Assembly: GCA_963663865.1 (NCBI GenBank)
Contig: OY760686.1
Span: 3,092,401 to 3,156,400 of the forward strand
Direction: 5' to 3'
Source of the DNA: Spirochaetota bacterium
GTDB lineage: Bacteria > Spirochaetota > UBA4802 > UBA5550
Length of the DNA stretch: 64,000 nucleotides
Shown: piece by piece, positions 48,717 through 59,257 of the stretch
How positions within the stretch are numbered: the stretch's first letter is position 1
How the letters are laid out: each line of letters begins with the position of its first letter
Notes under the pieces: generated by a model
Seen by the model: the letters and a program-made list of their open reading frames with translations, nothing else
Told to the model about the DNA's origin: nothing
The model's database searches: none
Program-made: the position numbers and the translations under genes

Positions 48717-50429
48717 TCAAGGAGCTTTTGCACTATTTTCTGATATGATTTCAGTGCCAGCATATGGCCTTGCTGATTTCCTGTCAGAGAGTTTTGACTC
48801 GTGATTATACGGTGTTCCGGGTCGATATGTGTCGTAGGCGCTGACAGCAAAATAATAAAGCACTGTGTTCCTGAGCAATGGATAGGCCAGTAAACCCCGA
48901 CTGTCTGCCCTTAGATTCTCTTCAATAACACGGTTGTCAAGCGACAGGTAGATATAATCTCCCTTTTGATAGGTATTATCAATCTTCTTTCCGTTTGCGA
49001 ATGTGATAATCCCCTCATATCTGTCCGTTGATGTGCTGTAGTAAAGCCTGTAGCCCCCGATATCATAGTCAGTATTCTTTTTCCAGCGCAGTAAAACATT
49101 TTCATCACCGGCGGAAACAACCTCAAAAAACATCGGCGCCCCCGGCGGTAAATCCGGCTGGTACTTAAGCCTTATGTTTGACAGCTCGGGCGCACTTTTT
49201 CCGTCGGGTGAAACAGCAAGATTTGCTCTCCACTGATAATATCGTCCCCTCAGAGGTTTTTTATCCTCCCCAACCGTTTTAAAAATCTCTTTCTGACTGT
49301 TGGAGATACGGTACCACCTGGGTTGATTGTCTTTCTCAGCGAACAGGCTGTCTGATGTGCGAAATTCCATCCAGATAAAGGTTCCATCCGGTAATTTCTC
49401 ATCCCAATCAAAAGAGACGACCCTGGTTCCAAAGTCATTAAATGAATATACCGGGCTTGTTACGGTTCCGCCGGCATTTTTGGGCTCCCTGCCATTTAGT
49501 TTCCGTGGAGCAAAAGCTGTTGTTTTTATCTGATATCTTTCTGCTGAAACAGCAAGAGGCTGAAGGCTTATTTTCAACTCATCAATAAGACCGCAAAACC
49601 CCCTGCCGATTATAGCCGGAGGAAAATCTCTGTTGATAACAGCCTGATCTGATACAACTCCAAATCTCGGCGTGTAAGGCGCGGTGTCAGGTGTGCCGTC
49701 CGCAGTTAAATATTGAGTTTCCTGTTCTTTCCCGTCAAGGTACGAAGACAGCCTTCCGTCAGACCGGTCAAAACTCAAAACATAATGGTACCATTTATCC
49801 GCATGAATCGAAGTGACTCCGTGATGCTCTACATTCTTTTTAAATCCGCTTTTATCCTCAAATATACCATAAAAACCGCTAAATACTCTACCTCTGTGGA
49901 GCTTAATTTCTATCCCCTGAATACTTCCGTTTAGTGATCCAAGACGTGAAAAGATAACCGCGCCATCCCGGATAGTACTCGGATTAATTCTAAATTCTAC
50001 AGTGAAAGACCCAAGATCGCCTGAATTGCCAAGCCACAGGCTTGCCTCGGGCTTTAGTACAACTTCATGATCGTCTCTATAGAAAAGTGCACATCCGCTG
50101 CCATGGGCCCCCTTTGCCTTCGTAAAACTGTATTCCGCCGATAGTACCTGATATCGTGATGTATCATCATGATGCAACGTGACAGGCTCCCCGTCAAAGG
50201 ACAGTGACATATCAAGAACGCCCGATTCATACTGCTTTCCATAAGATATATCAGAAACAGTATATCGGACAGAATCGCTTTGGCCTCCTGCAGCCTGAAT
50301 CCCGTTGAGACCGCTCTGAGGGACCCGGGCGAAGTGAACTGTGCAGGCTTTCCCATCCTCCGCAGCAGGATAAAGGGGAGACGCGAAAGGCATACCCCAT
50401 AGTATAATAAGTATTAAAACCCTGCGCAT
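48717..50429 (-). CDS. Exported LamG/concanavalin-like plus fibronectin type III domain protein
   Basis: Signal peptide from ATG 50429; SFTVEFRI, WYHYVLSFD, GLIDELKI; FN3 VLLRWKKN..DIGGYRLYY...YYFAVSAYD. Confidence 0.78.
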   Translation of the reverse strand: MRRVLILIILWGMPFASPLYPAAEDGKACTVHFARVPQSGLNGIQAAGGQSDSVRYTVSDISYGKQYESGVLDMSLSFDGEPVTLHHDDTSRYQVLSAEYSFTKAKGAHGSGCALFYRDDHEVVLKPEASLWLGNSGDLGSFTVEFRINPSTIRDGAVIFSRLGSLNGSIQGIEIKLHRGRVFSGFYGIFEDKSGFKKNVEHHGVTSIHADKWYHYVLSFDRSDGRLSSYLDGKEQETQYLTADGTPDTAPYTPRFGVVSDQAVINRDFPPAIIGRGFCGLIDELKISLQPLAVSAERYQIKTTAFAPRKLNGREPKNAGGTVTSPVYSFNDFGTRVVSFDWDEKLPDGTFIWMEFRTSDSLFAEKDNQPRWYRISNSQKEIFKTVGEDKKPLRGRYYQWRANLAVSPDGKSAPELSNIRLKYQPDLPPGAPMFFEVVSAGDENVLLRWKKNTDYDIGGYRLYYSTSTDRYEGIITFANGKKIDNTYQKGDYIYLSLDNRVIEENLRADSRGLLAYPLLRNTVLYYFAVSAYDTYRPGTPYNHESKLSDRKSARPYAGTEIISENSAKAP

Positions 50430-50442
50430 TTTATCTCCTGAA

Positions 50443-50871
50443 TCATTCGAGTTCCATAATTTTGTTAACTCTTTTCTCGTGCCTGCCTCCATCAAAGGGA
50501 GTATCAAGCCACCTTCTGACTATGCTGAAAGCGAGATCTTCTCCGATAACCCTTGCTCCCAGGGCAAGAACGTTTGAATTGTTATGCCGTTTAGCCATTT
50601 CAGCCATAAACTCATTAAAGCACAGGGCAGCCCTGATGCCCTTTACCTTGTTGGCAGCTATTGATATTCCTATTCCCGTACCGCAGATTACAATTCCACA
50701 ATCCGCCTTGCCTTCCGTTACAAGCCTCCCAACCTCGGCTGCATAATCTGGATAATCACATGATTCATTTGAATATGTACCGGCATCAAGAAACTCACAT
50801 TCATCAAAGTTCTCCACAATCCTGGTTTTTAAATGGATACCGGCATGATCTGATCCGATGGCTATCTTCAT
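50443..50871 (-). CDS. rpiB: Ribose 5-phosphate isomerase B
   Basis: IGSDHAG, DYPDYA, ICGTGIG, ANKVKGIRAA, HNNSNVLALG, GGRHEKRV. Confidence 0.97.
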   Translation of the reverse strand: MKIAIGSDHAGIHLKTRIVENFDECEFLDAGTYSNESCDYPDYAAEVGRLVTEGKADCGIVICGTGIGISIAANKVKGIRAALCFNEFMAEMAKRHNNSNVLALGARVIGEDLAFSIVRRWLDTPFDGGRHEKRVNKIMELE

Positions 50872-51103
50872 TTTTAACTCCTATACTTGAAATCAGACTA
50901 CTTAAGCACCAGATTTTCATTTTCATATCTATTATTCAAACAGTTTATACGCCATATAATCATAATCCCGGAATTTTGCTATTTATAAATGATTTCCGCA
51001 TCTCATATTTGATTTTTTAAATGACCTGATGTGGAAAGTATAAACAAAAACCTACGATATAATTCGATATTTTTTTTGTTTTTTTATAACCTGCGCTATA
51101 AAG

Positions 51104-51387
51104 TTATCAACAGATTACCAAAGTGAACATATTTAGTTTTTTGCACTGTATTTTCAACTTAGGTATCGATAGCATTATTAGAAACAGTATCGGCACTATT
51201 CACAAATATTCCAACGACTTATCTTCTGATTGGATGAGCAGTTAAATGCTTATGTCTCATTCGTTTTCTTTCTGGATTCATCTTCAAATCAGTCTGATTC
51301 AAATGAAATGAAATTAATTAACTCAATTAATTAACTGAAAATTTTTGATTGTTGATAATGTTGATAACTTTGTTGATAAGTTGATAA
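51104..51387. promoter_or_regulatory. Cluster of DnaA-box-like 9-mers and tandem AT-rich 13-mers
   Basis: TTATCAACA at 51104; TGTTGATAA at 51350, 51359 and 51371; AGTTGATAA at 51379; CTATTCACA at 51196; AATTAATTAACT(C/G) x2 at 51312-51337. Confidence 0.55.
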
Positions 51388-51441
51388 GTAGGTATTGACA
51401 AATATTGCGATGAACTTACGTGGTCAAATTTCTATTACATT

Positions 51442-52206
51442 TTATCTGTTATTGAATATCCGCAAAGATCCCTTTAAAACGAGATCCGGCTCATTGATTA
51501 CTTTAAAGGACATTGACGCAGCCAAAAAAAGGCCGTATCCACCTGTGACTACAATTTTCATTTCACTTCCGTATAAAAGCCTTATTTTCGAACAAACCCC
51601 CTCCATCATAGCGCCCCATCCATAAAAAATTCCTGCTCTAATCCCACTATAAGTGTTTTTTCCGATCAAATCAACAACCTCGGTGAGTTCTATGTCAGTG
51701 GGTAGATTTGCATCTATACAAAGGACCTTTAATGATGTACCTATTCCGGGTATTATCAGGCCCCCCGGGTAAAAACCGCTCTTTTCAACAACATCCACCG
51801 TAATGGCTGTTCCAGCATCAATTATTATTGCAGAACCATGAGTACTATAGCATTCTTCAACAGCAGCAAGACGGTCATTCCCCAGTTTTTCCGGATTATC
51901 GTAACCATTTATTATGCTTGTTTTGCTGTCATGTGTGATTTCATATATAAGACCGCGATTCAGTCCAAGTTCGTTTTTGACATATTGCAAGAAATTCTTT
52001 TTTACGCTGCAAACAACAATACCGTGGATTCCACTTAGATCTGATCCATAATTTAATTTAAGCTCATTAACAAAAAGGGAAACAGCTTTCCCAGGACTGT
52101 CATTGAAGTAATATACATTTTTCCTGGAGATGGTTCCGTCTACAGTAAATTCCCCTGCTTTTAAAGAGGTATTCCCGGCATCAAGGACTACAATCATATT
52201 ACCCAC
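51442..52206 (-). CDS. coaX: Type III pantothenate kinase
   Basis: LDAGNT, LGNDR, IIDAGTAITVD, GGLIIPG, VVTGG. Confidence 0.93.
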   Translation of the reverse strand: MGNMIVVLDAGNTSLKAGEFTVDGTISRKNVYYFNDSPGKAVSLFVNELKLNYGSDLSGIHGIVVCSVKKNFLQYVKNELGLNRGLIYEITHDSKTSIINGYDNPEKLGNDRLAAVEECYSTHGSAIIIDAGTAITVDVVEKSGFYPGGLIIPGIGTSLKVLCIDANLPTDIELTEVVDLIGKNTYSGIRAGIFYGWGAMMEGVCSKIRLLYGSEMKIVVTGGYGLFLAASMSFKVINEPDLVLKGSLRIFNNR

Positions 52207-52450
52207 CTCGATATTTTTGCAACTTTCTGATTCATCCCTGTGTCGTTAATAGTGACATTACAGTTAGGGATATTTATATGTTAATTACTTCAATCGTTCT
52301 TTTATCAATTGTTTTGTGCGGCATTTTTGGATTCATGTTGCTAAGGTCGATCGCGGCCTGTAAATAATTATTTGCGTTTATTTGAAAACACTGATTGACT
52401 CATTTAATATTTTATTTTACTTTAAGCTATTATTTTTACTGGTGAATTAA

Positions 52451-52801
52451 ATGCAAAATGTTACCACTATAGCCTCAGCCGCTGCTCAAGTTCTTATGAC
52501 TGTAATCCCTATTGTTGGGATTGTAATGGGATCACTCGTTGTTTTTTTCTATTTGCTCTGGCATCACAGGCAAAAGATGTTCATGATTGAAAAGGGAATA
52601 TACAGAAAAATCGAGTTTGACATATCGACCTTCAGCCTTTTCACAGGGCTGCTGCTCATGAGTATTGGCGGCAGTCTGGTTGTATTTTTTATAATTAAAT
52701 CTGGTTTTTCATATGGAGTTTTAAGCGGATTGATTCCATTTGCGATCGGATTAAGTCAGATAGTTTTTTTTGTGGTCAGATTAAGGGTACATCATAAATA
52801 A
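52451..52801 (+). CDS. Small membrane protein of the ECF operon (DUF6249-like)
   Basis: Three TM helices, MIEKG motif, GLIPFAIG; directly upstream of the ECF sigma gene. Confidence 0.7.
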   Translation: MQNVTTIASAAAQVLMTVIPIVGIVMGSLVVFFYLLWHHRQKMFMIEKGIYRKIEFDISTFSLFTGLLLMSIGGSLVVFFIIKSGFSYGVLSGLIPFAIGLSQIVFFVVRLRVHHK

Positions 52802-52805
52802 AACA

Positions 52806-53375
52806 ATGATTGTTGACAGCCTTTCTGATGAAAGCATTATCCGAAAAATATTACTGGGAGAGACAGCCCTTTTTAAGCTGATTGTAGAAAGATATCAGCA
52901 GAGAATCTTCCGGATGGGTATGAGGTTTTTTAAAAATCAGGATGAAGCCATGGATTTTACCCAGGACACCCTGATTCTCTGTTACAGGAAACTTGATACT
53001 TACAGGGGGCTTTCACCGTTCAAATACTGGATTTTGAAGGTTGCCTACAATGCAGGAATTAACAAGTTGAAATCAACAGTGATTGACACCAGCCTGCCAG
53101 AGCAAAACGAACCTGTTGACATTTCAATGAAAGATCCTCAAAAGGAATACGCTGCCTCTGAATCGAGACGTATTATCCACGAGGCTATTAACACATTGCC
53201 GGAAAAATACCGTTTGTGTATAACCATGTTCTTCTTTGACGGCTTGAAGTTCAGGGAGATCAGTAAAATTACAGGCTATCCGGTAAATACGATCAAATCG
53301 CATGTTTCAAGAGCCAAGCAACAGTTAAGAGCTTATCTGAAGGGTGCTGACATGGAGGAAACAGATGAGATGTAG
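52806..53375 (+). CDS. ECF RNA polymerase sigma factor
   Basis: DFTQDT...FKYWILKVAYN region 2; LPEKYR...EISKITGYPVNTIKSHVSRAK region 4. Confidence 0.92.
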   Translation: MIVDSLSDESIIRKILLGETALFKLIVERYQQRIFRMGMRFFKNQDEAMDFTQDTLILCYRKLDTYRGLSPFKYWILKVAYNAGINKLKSTVIDTSLPEQNEPVDISMKDPQKEYAASESRRIIHEAINTLPEKYRLCITMFFFDGLKFREISKITGYPVNTIKSHVSRAKQQLRAYLKGADMEETDEM

Positions 53376-53823
53376 AACGGCAATGACTATTTATGACAAT
53401 CTCGACAATCACCGGGAGATACCCTTATCACTGAGCCATCATTTAAAAAATTGCCTGAACTGTAGTCAGGAAATATACTTAACTCAGACAGTGATTGAGG
53501 ACGGTGTACGGGAAGAGTCAATCGCATGCGAAGTTGATGTAACACGATCTGTCATGAATATAATTGAATTGAGTGAAAATCATGCAAAATGCGGAATCTC
53601 CGGTTTAAAATGGATGTCTACGGGCATTCTGATACTGGGAAGCATCGTTTTCATTTCTTTTTCCAAGAACTTCACAATTTTACAGGATATTTTCAGCTTC
53701 AACATTGAATTACCGCTATACATCGTGCTTGGCGTGGCGATTTCTCTCTATACTTCCTTTTTCGCCGGAACACATTTAAACTACATCAATACCGACAAAA
53801 TATCAAAATTTATAGAACGATGA
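53365..53823 (+). CDS. Putative zinc-binding membrane anti-sigma factor
   Basis: RBS GGAGG; HLKNCLNC (HxxxCxxC) motif and two TM helices; overlaps the sigma stop. Confidence 0.75.
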   Translation: MRCRTAMTIYDNLDNHREIPLSLSHHLKNCLNCSQEIYLTQTVIEDGVREESIACEVDVTRSVMNIIELSENHAKCGISGLKWMSTGILILGSIVFISFSKNFTILQDIFSFNIELPLYIVLGVAISLYTSFFAGTHLNYINTDKISKFIER

Positions 53824-53841
53824 GGACGGCCTTTGCCGTCC
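53824..53841. terminator. Hairpin between convergent genes
   Basis: GGACGGC-CTTT-GCCGTCC. Confidence 0.55.
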
Positions 53842-53854
53842 CCACTATACTTTA

Positions 53855-55717
53855 TTATTCAAAATATTCAGGCTTGATTACGCCCATTCCAAAATGAAGT
53901 TTCGCTGAAATAAGACGATCCTTAACTTCTTTTAGAATTATATAAAACTTATCCGGTATAGATTTTTCAATAATGTACGCAGCTTCAATTCTATCCATCT
54001 TTGCGATATAACTGTCTGCTCTTATAGAGAACTGTCTGTCATATTCCTCTCTTGAGTATTTTTTCCCGAGAAGAACATCGAATAATGTCTCCACATCGTC
54101 GTATTTGGGTATATACCCAAGGGGTGTCTCAAGTGCAGTATACTCCCCATGTACACGTCCTTCCATCCACATGAGCCATACCTTTTTGTCCAGCTTGCCG
54201 TTTAAAAACTTTCCTGATTCCTGAAGAAAATAGTTCGTTGCGAATATAAGAGGGCGACTTGAGAGCATCTGGCCGAATTTGAAATGGCTATTAATATACT
54301 GGCCAAGAGGCACTGAAAGAAAATCCAGGTTGGCCATTGGCGACAGCTCCCTTACTCCAGCCTTTCCAATTGTCGCTGCGGTTGTCTCAGATTCAATGGT
54401 AGCTCCAATAAAGACACCATGATCCCAATCAAAACTCTGACAAACTGGAACTGATGTATCGGAATCTCTACCGCCATAGATTATTGCCTGAAGCGGCACA
54501 CCCTGCGGATTATTGAGCATTGAATCACAATTTTCGAGTTCCTCTATCCTGACAGTATATCTGGCATTTTTATGGGCTGGTGGAATTTCAGCACCCGCGT
54601 GATTTTTCTTCCCTTTTTCCCAGATACCGCTAAAATTTACGCCTTTGTCCGGGATGTCCTTCCCCATTCCGAGCCAGTAAGGACTTCCGTCGTTTACAAG
54701 GATGTTGGAAAAAATCAACTCTCTCGGTGAAGTTAATGTTTTATAGATTACCGGATCATCCTGTGGATTAACATCCTCAATAATTCCAAAAATTCCGTGC
54801 TCGACATTTGCGGCAAATGCATTTCCATCAGCGCCTTTTCTTATGTACGCAATATCATCACCAACAATAAGCTGACCGGGAATCATCGCGGTAGAAGTTT
54901 TTCCGCAGGCACTTGGGTAGGCACCGGCAAAATATGTTGTTCGGTCTTTCCCTTCCGGTCTTGCACCCATTATAAACATGTGTTCAGCAAGCCAGTCTTC
55001 ATGGTTTGATTTGTATATTGCCAGTCTAAGTGCAAGTTTTTTCAGCCCGAGACTGTTTCCTGCATATTGATTGTTTATTGTATATACAATACCGCCTTCT
55101 GTATCAATATAAATCCGCCGCTTGTCCAGATTAGCTGAATTGCCATTTTCATCAAGCTTCCCCGAGGAATGAACAAAGGTGAAAAAAGAGTTGGAACCGT
55201 TAAGGTTTTTGAACTGTTGATATCCGGTTCTATAAAGCAAATCTTCACTATGAGCCACATAAAAAGAATCAGTCAGCTGAAGAGCACATAAGGAAAAGGG
55301 AGAATTAACAGGACCAAGGCAAAAAAATCTGATTATGCACTCTTTTCCTTCCATCATGCCGTCCATTATATCATGGACCTCTTTGTTGCCAGTTTCAACA
55401 TCAACGGTTTTAATTCCGCTGGCAAGAATTGTACCAGGCTTTACCATAATACAGGTATTGTTTTTATCACGTCCTTGATCGTTAATTCCGTCAAAGTGGA
55501 CAGTATGCCCCTCAATATTGAGATTCTTTTCCTCTCCTGCTCTAATTGCCCCATCTCTCACATACGCAATATCTTCAGCACTATCCGAAATCACAGTAAC
55601 CTTGTCAGGCCTTAAAAGTCTGACATACTTATCGATGATCCTTTCAATCTCCGGATTTTTCAGATACTTAATCTTTTGTAAATCTCCGTCCCAAATAAAC
55701 CCCTTGCCTATATTCAA
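53855..55717 (-). CDS. pckG: GTP-dependent phosphoenolpyruvate carboxykinase
   Basis: WLAEHMFI, GAYPSACGKTSTAM, VGDDIAY, AHKNARY, YGGRDSDT; TTG start estimated from RBS. Confidence 0.93.
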   Translation of the reverse strand: MNIGKGFIWDGDLQKIKYLKNPEIERIIDKYVRLLRPDKVTVISDSAEDIAYVRDGAIRAGEEKNLNIEGHTVHFDGINDQGRDKNNTCIMVKPGTILASGIKTVDVETGNKEVHDIMDGMMEGKECIIRFFCLGPVNSPFSLCALQLTDSFYVAHSEDLLYRTGYQQFKNLNGSNSFFTFVHSSGKLDENGNSANLDKRRIYIDTEGGIVYTINNQYAGNSLGLKKLALRLAIYKSNHEDWLAEHMFIMGARPEGKDRTTYFAGAYPSACGKTSTAMIPGQLIVGDDIAYIRKGADGNAFAANVEHGIFGIIEDVNPQDDPVIYKTLTSPRELIFSNILVNDGSPYWLGMGKDIPDKGVNFSGIWEKGKKNHAGAEIPPAHKNARYTVRIEELENCDSMLNNPQGVPLQAIIYGGRDSDTSVPVCQSFDWDHGVFIGATIESETTAATIGKAGVRELSPMANLDFLSVPLGQYINSHFKFGQMLSSRPLIFATNYFLQESGKFLNGKLDKKVWLMWMEGRVHGEYTALETPLGYIPKYDDVETLFDVLLGKKYSREEYDRQFSIRADSYIAKMDRIEAAYIIEKSIPDKFYIILKEVKDRLISAKLHFGMGVIKPEYFE

Positions 55718-56028
55718 CGCAGTTACCCCCTGTATTTTGTATTCAAGCAAAGACTGACGGTACAACCGTATTTAGTATTTTCTGGAATGAACAAAGCGCA
55801 CGAGAAAAAAAGATGTAAAGAGCAGGAATTATTTAATAACTTTTACTTCATGATTTTTTATTATCAAGCATAAAATAAATTTTAAACCTTTTTATTGAGC
55901 TTGTGTGATTTTGTTATTTCAATTCTATATATTATTTTTATGACTTTACACATCAATTGTATTTATGAACTTATGAATATTAAGTATATTACAGATTAAA
56001 ACTTATTCATTCTACTACAGGTGCTGCC

Positions 56029-56679
56029 ATGGAAGAATTGTTAGATTATATAATTGAAATACTGATGCCTCAAAGTGATTTTGTTCTTTATATGTTTCTG
56101 CTTGTTTCAGCAATTCTTGAAAACATTATACCTCCAATCCCGGGTGATACGATTACGGCATTCGGCGCATTTCTTGCCGGTTCAGGGCGCCTGGGTTATG
56201 TTCAGGTTTTTTTAATTACAACTGCCGGAAGTGTTATCGGTTTTATGACGCTATTCTACTTTGGTAGAAAGCTCGAAAGACAGCATTTTATTGAACGTGA
56301 CTACCGTTTTTTTTCAGCGGCAAGTATAGTCAAGGCTGAGAATTGGTTCAGACGATACGGATACTTTGTTGTACTGATAAATAGATTCATTCCTGGCATT
56401 AGATCCGTTGTTTCTCTCGTCTCTGGAATTTCCGGCTTAAAACCCGCTTATGTCCTTATCGTAAGTACAATCAGCGCTTCTATATGGAATCTGATATGGA
56501 TACAGGGTGGTTTTTTAATTGGAAGCGAGTGGAAATTGATCAAACAGAAAGTTAATAGCGTGCTTGAAAGCTACAGTTATTTTTTTATTATTTTCGCGGC
56601 CTCTTTGTTTGCACTATTCGTTGTCTACAGAATGATAAGATTTTTTCTAAATAGAAATTTTTCCAGGAAGAACAAATAG
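56029..56679 (+). CDS. dedA: DedA family membrane protein
   Basis: ENIIPPIPGD, FRRYG, RFIPGIRS. Confidence 0.9.
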   Translation: MEELLDYIIEILMPQSDFVLYMFLLVSAILENIIPPIPGDTITAFGAFLAGSGRLGYVQVFLITTAGSVIGFMTLFYFGRKLERQHFIERDYRFFSAASIVKAENWFRRYGYFVVLINRFIPGIRSVVSLVSGISGLKPAYVLIVSTISASIWNLIWIQGGFLIGSEWKLIKQKVNSVLESYSYFFIIFAASLFALFVVYRMIRFFLNRNFSRKNK

Positions 56680-56718
56680 AGCATTAACTACAATTTTATA
56701 CATTAGAACAAATCTCAT

Positions 56719-58206
56719 TTACCCCTTCTGGAGATTATCCCATTTTTCCCGAAGAGAAGTAGATATTTTTTTAAATTCTTCCCTGTTATTGATTCCGAAT
56801 GAAGCCAGTATGTCTTCATCCAGATAGTCATAATGATACTTTCTTGTTTCAATTCCGCAAATCATATTTGCCAGATAAACGGCATTGACAACATCGCGAT
56901 AATCCGGTCTACTTCTAAGCGGATCGTGATGACATTTAATTACCTCAACAAGGTATTCAGGGAAATTCCATCTTGACGCTATAAGTTCGCCTATTGCGCT
57001 ATGGCTTATACCAATGGAAATTTCCTCCATAACCGTAGATGTAACGATTTTTCTATTTTTTACGGTTTCAGCTATTCTCTCAACCAGTTTAATATCTGTA
57101 GAAAGCAGCACTATCTTACCAAGATCATGAAGCAATCCGCCTATATAGGCGTTATCGCTTAGGCTGCTCTTTTTTTTAATCGAAGCTATTATTCGTGCAT
57201 AGAAGGCTGTTTTATTGCAATGTCCCCAGATCTCTTCGAAATTATCGTACCTCTGAGATAGTATCCTGCGGGAATTGCTTGCGAGGAGTATAGAATACAG
57301 ATTTTTCAAACCTATCGTCTTTACAGCATCAATCACCGTTTCCATTCGCCTTGATGAAACGAAACCGGCTGTATTTGAAAGCTTTATCACATCAGCAACC
57401 AGAGCCGGATCCATCATAACCTTCTCGCAGATAATTTCAATGCTCGAATCAGGATCAAAACACATTTCCATTAAATCCAGTATATGTTCCGGAAATGTCG
57501 GAATTCCCTCAATACTGCTAATTATATCATTCTTAATTTGGCCAGTCCATTCTGGCGGTCTTAGATTTGAGGGAATTGTTAAAGCCGTCACGGTGATTTT
57601 ACCATCTGATGATATTGAGAAAAGGTCGGGATGAATACCCATATTCTTCAGGAACAGGATCGTGAGAACAATTCCAAGCCCGGCCCCCTCGCTGTCATCC
57701 TCTATCTCATCATAAGCCTCTGTAAAATCACTGAATTGTTTAGCCTTTTGTATTCTAAAGTTAATCCTGTTGAGTTCTTCAGGAATTATCGGGCAATTGT
57801 TTTCTATATGAACTTTGAGGTCATTGTTATTAAACTCAAAAAAGACTTTAACATAATAGTCGCTGTTAGTTAAATCATCCTTTAATAACTCAAACTCTCC
57901 TATAACTTCTTTTTTAAATCGCGCCATCCCGTTGAAGTAATCTTCCGGATTTCTTATATCAAGAGAATTTCTTGCAAAGAACACCCTCTTGCCATTTGCT
58001 TTGATTGCGTTTACTACCAATTCACGCAATATAGTCACAACTGAATTCAGAAGGAAAATATGATCCATTCTGGACAAACATTTAGCCACAATACTGCCAA
58101 TCGCCATTAAAATAGATGCGTCAGCGAACCTGAAGGACAGTGTCACTGGAATAGCTGCATCGATACGGCTAAATATTTCTCGTTTCTTTTCTTTATCCAT
58201 AGTCAC
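56719..58206 (-). CDS. HDOD-domain protein with an N-terminal HATPase-like domain
   Basis: RELVVNAIKAN and EGAGLG; IPTFP, DPALVADVIKLSN, GLLHDLGK, HSAIG..IASRWNFP. Confidence 0.85.
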   Translation of the reverse strand: MTMDKEKKREIFSRIDAAIPVTLSFRFADASILMAIGSIVAKCLSRMDHIFLLNSVVTILRELVVNAIKANGKRVFFARNSLDIRNPEDYFNGMARFKKEVIGEFELLKDDLTNSDYYVKVFFEFNNNDLKVHIENNCPIIPEELNRINFRIQKAKQFSDFTEAYDEIEDDSEGAGLGIVLTILFLKNMGIHPDLFSISSDGKITVTALTIPSNLRPPEWTGQIKNDIISSIEGIPTFPEHILDLMEMCFDPDSSIEIICEKVMMDPALVADVIKLSNTAGFVSSRRMETVIDAVKTIGLKNLYSILLASNSRRILSQRYDNFEEIWGHCNKTAFYARIIASIKKKSSLSDNAYIGGLLHDLGKIVLLSTDIKLVERIAETVKNRKIVTSTVMEEISIGISHSAIGELIASRWNFPEYLVEVIKCHHDPLRSRPDYRDVVNAVYLANMICGIETRKYHYDYLDEDILASFGINNREEFKKISTSLREKWDNLQKG

Positions 58207-58223
58207 ACTATCACAAATAAGTC

Positions 58224-58868
58224 TTAATATGAGCGTATTACCGCAGCGAGTTTACCCAGAATTATGAGGTTTTCGACTATAATCGGGCTATAATATCGGT
58301 TCATGGGCAGCAGAACAGGTTTTTCACCGCTCAAATCAATCTCTTTTAGCGTGGCCTCTTCATCAATCAAAGCAGCAACAATTTCCCCATCGTCAGCAGT
58401 ATTCTGTTTCCTTATCACTGCGATATCACCATCAAGGATTCCGCCTTCAATCATGGAATCTCCCCTGACATGAAGGGCAAACAAATCTCCGCCAGGCAAA
58501 AACGACCGGGAAAGTTTTATATAATCCTCAATATTTTCGTCTGCAATAACAGGCGCACCTGCTGCAATCCTACCCAGAAGCGGTATATTAACAATCGAAT
58601 CCTCACCGGCGTCAGAATCAGAGCTTCCGTTCTCAACTATCACAATAGCCCTGGACTTCCCCTGCTCTGTCTTAATACAACCTTTCTTTTCAATCGCTTT
58701 AATATGATCATAAGCGCCTTTAACAGTTATGCCAAAATGATCACCGATCTCTCTAACAGTTGGCGGGAATCCGCAGTCTTTAATTGACTGCCTGATATAG
58801 TCAAATATGGCTTCCTGTTTTGCAGTTAACGCTCGAGCTTTTAACCTGCACTCTGTGGCTTTATTCAT
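58224..58868 (-). CDS. lexA: LexA repressor
   Basis: GFPPTVREIG HTH, IAAG cleavage site, GDSM catalytic Ser, ATLK catalytic Lys. Confidence 0.95.
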   Translation of the reverse strand: MNKATECRLKARALTAKQEAIFDYIRQSIKDCGFPPTVREIGDHFGITVKGAYDHIKAIEKKGCIKTEQGKSRAIVIVENGSSDSDAGEDSIVNIPLLGRIAAGAPVIADENIEDYIKLSRSFLPGGDLFALHVRGDSMIEGGILDGDIAVIRKQNTADDGEIVAALIDEEATLKEIDLSGEKPVLLPMNRYYSPIIVENLIILGKLAAVIRSY

Positions 58869-58899
58869 TTGTTCACTCCTGAATATAAATACTCCTCCT

Positions 58900-58928
58900 A
58901 TAATACCCAACGCATTAGTAGATGTCAA
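58900..58928 (-). promoter_or_regulatory. sigma70-type promoter of lexA
   Basis: TTGACA-N17-TATTAT; spacer contains CTAA-TGCG-TTGG quasi-palindrome. Confidence 0.7.
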
Positions 58929-59257
58929 CATATATTAAGTACTCATTAAAGCTCAGGAGATATATTTAGAAATTATTATTTGAATAAAATCATTATCGAT
59001 GTTTATTCAGAAATTGGCCTGCGGGTTAAGTAAAGCATTAATTGCTCTATTTTTTTATCCTGTTATTTTTTTTCAATATTTTCTGTTTTGTATTCTTTAT
59101 ATAGAATATGTAATTTTGTTTATTTTCAACTTTTTTAACTGTAATTTTTTTTTATATAAATTCAAAGTGACATTTCTTTAATATTATTTATTTTAAGTCA
59201 ATGCCCTTGAGTCGTTGAGGTATCACACATTTTTTGGAGACCAATTTTTTTTACACC

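Noticed and set aside
58999-59181. 60-aa Phe-rich ORF
   Set aside because: Low-complexity T-rich intergenic DNA with no RBS
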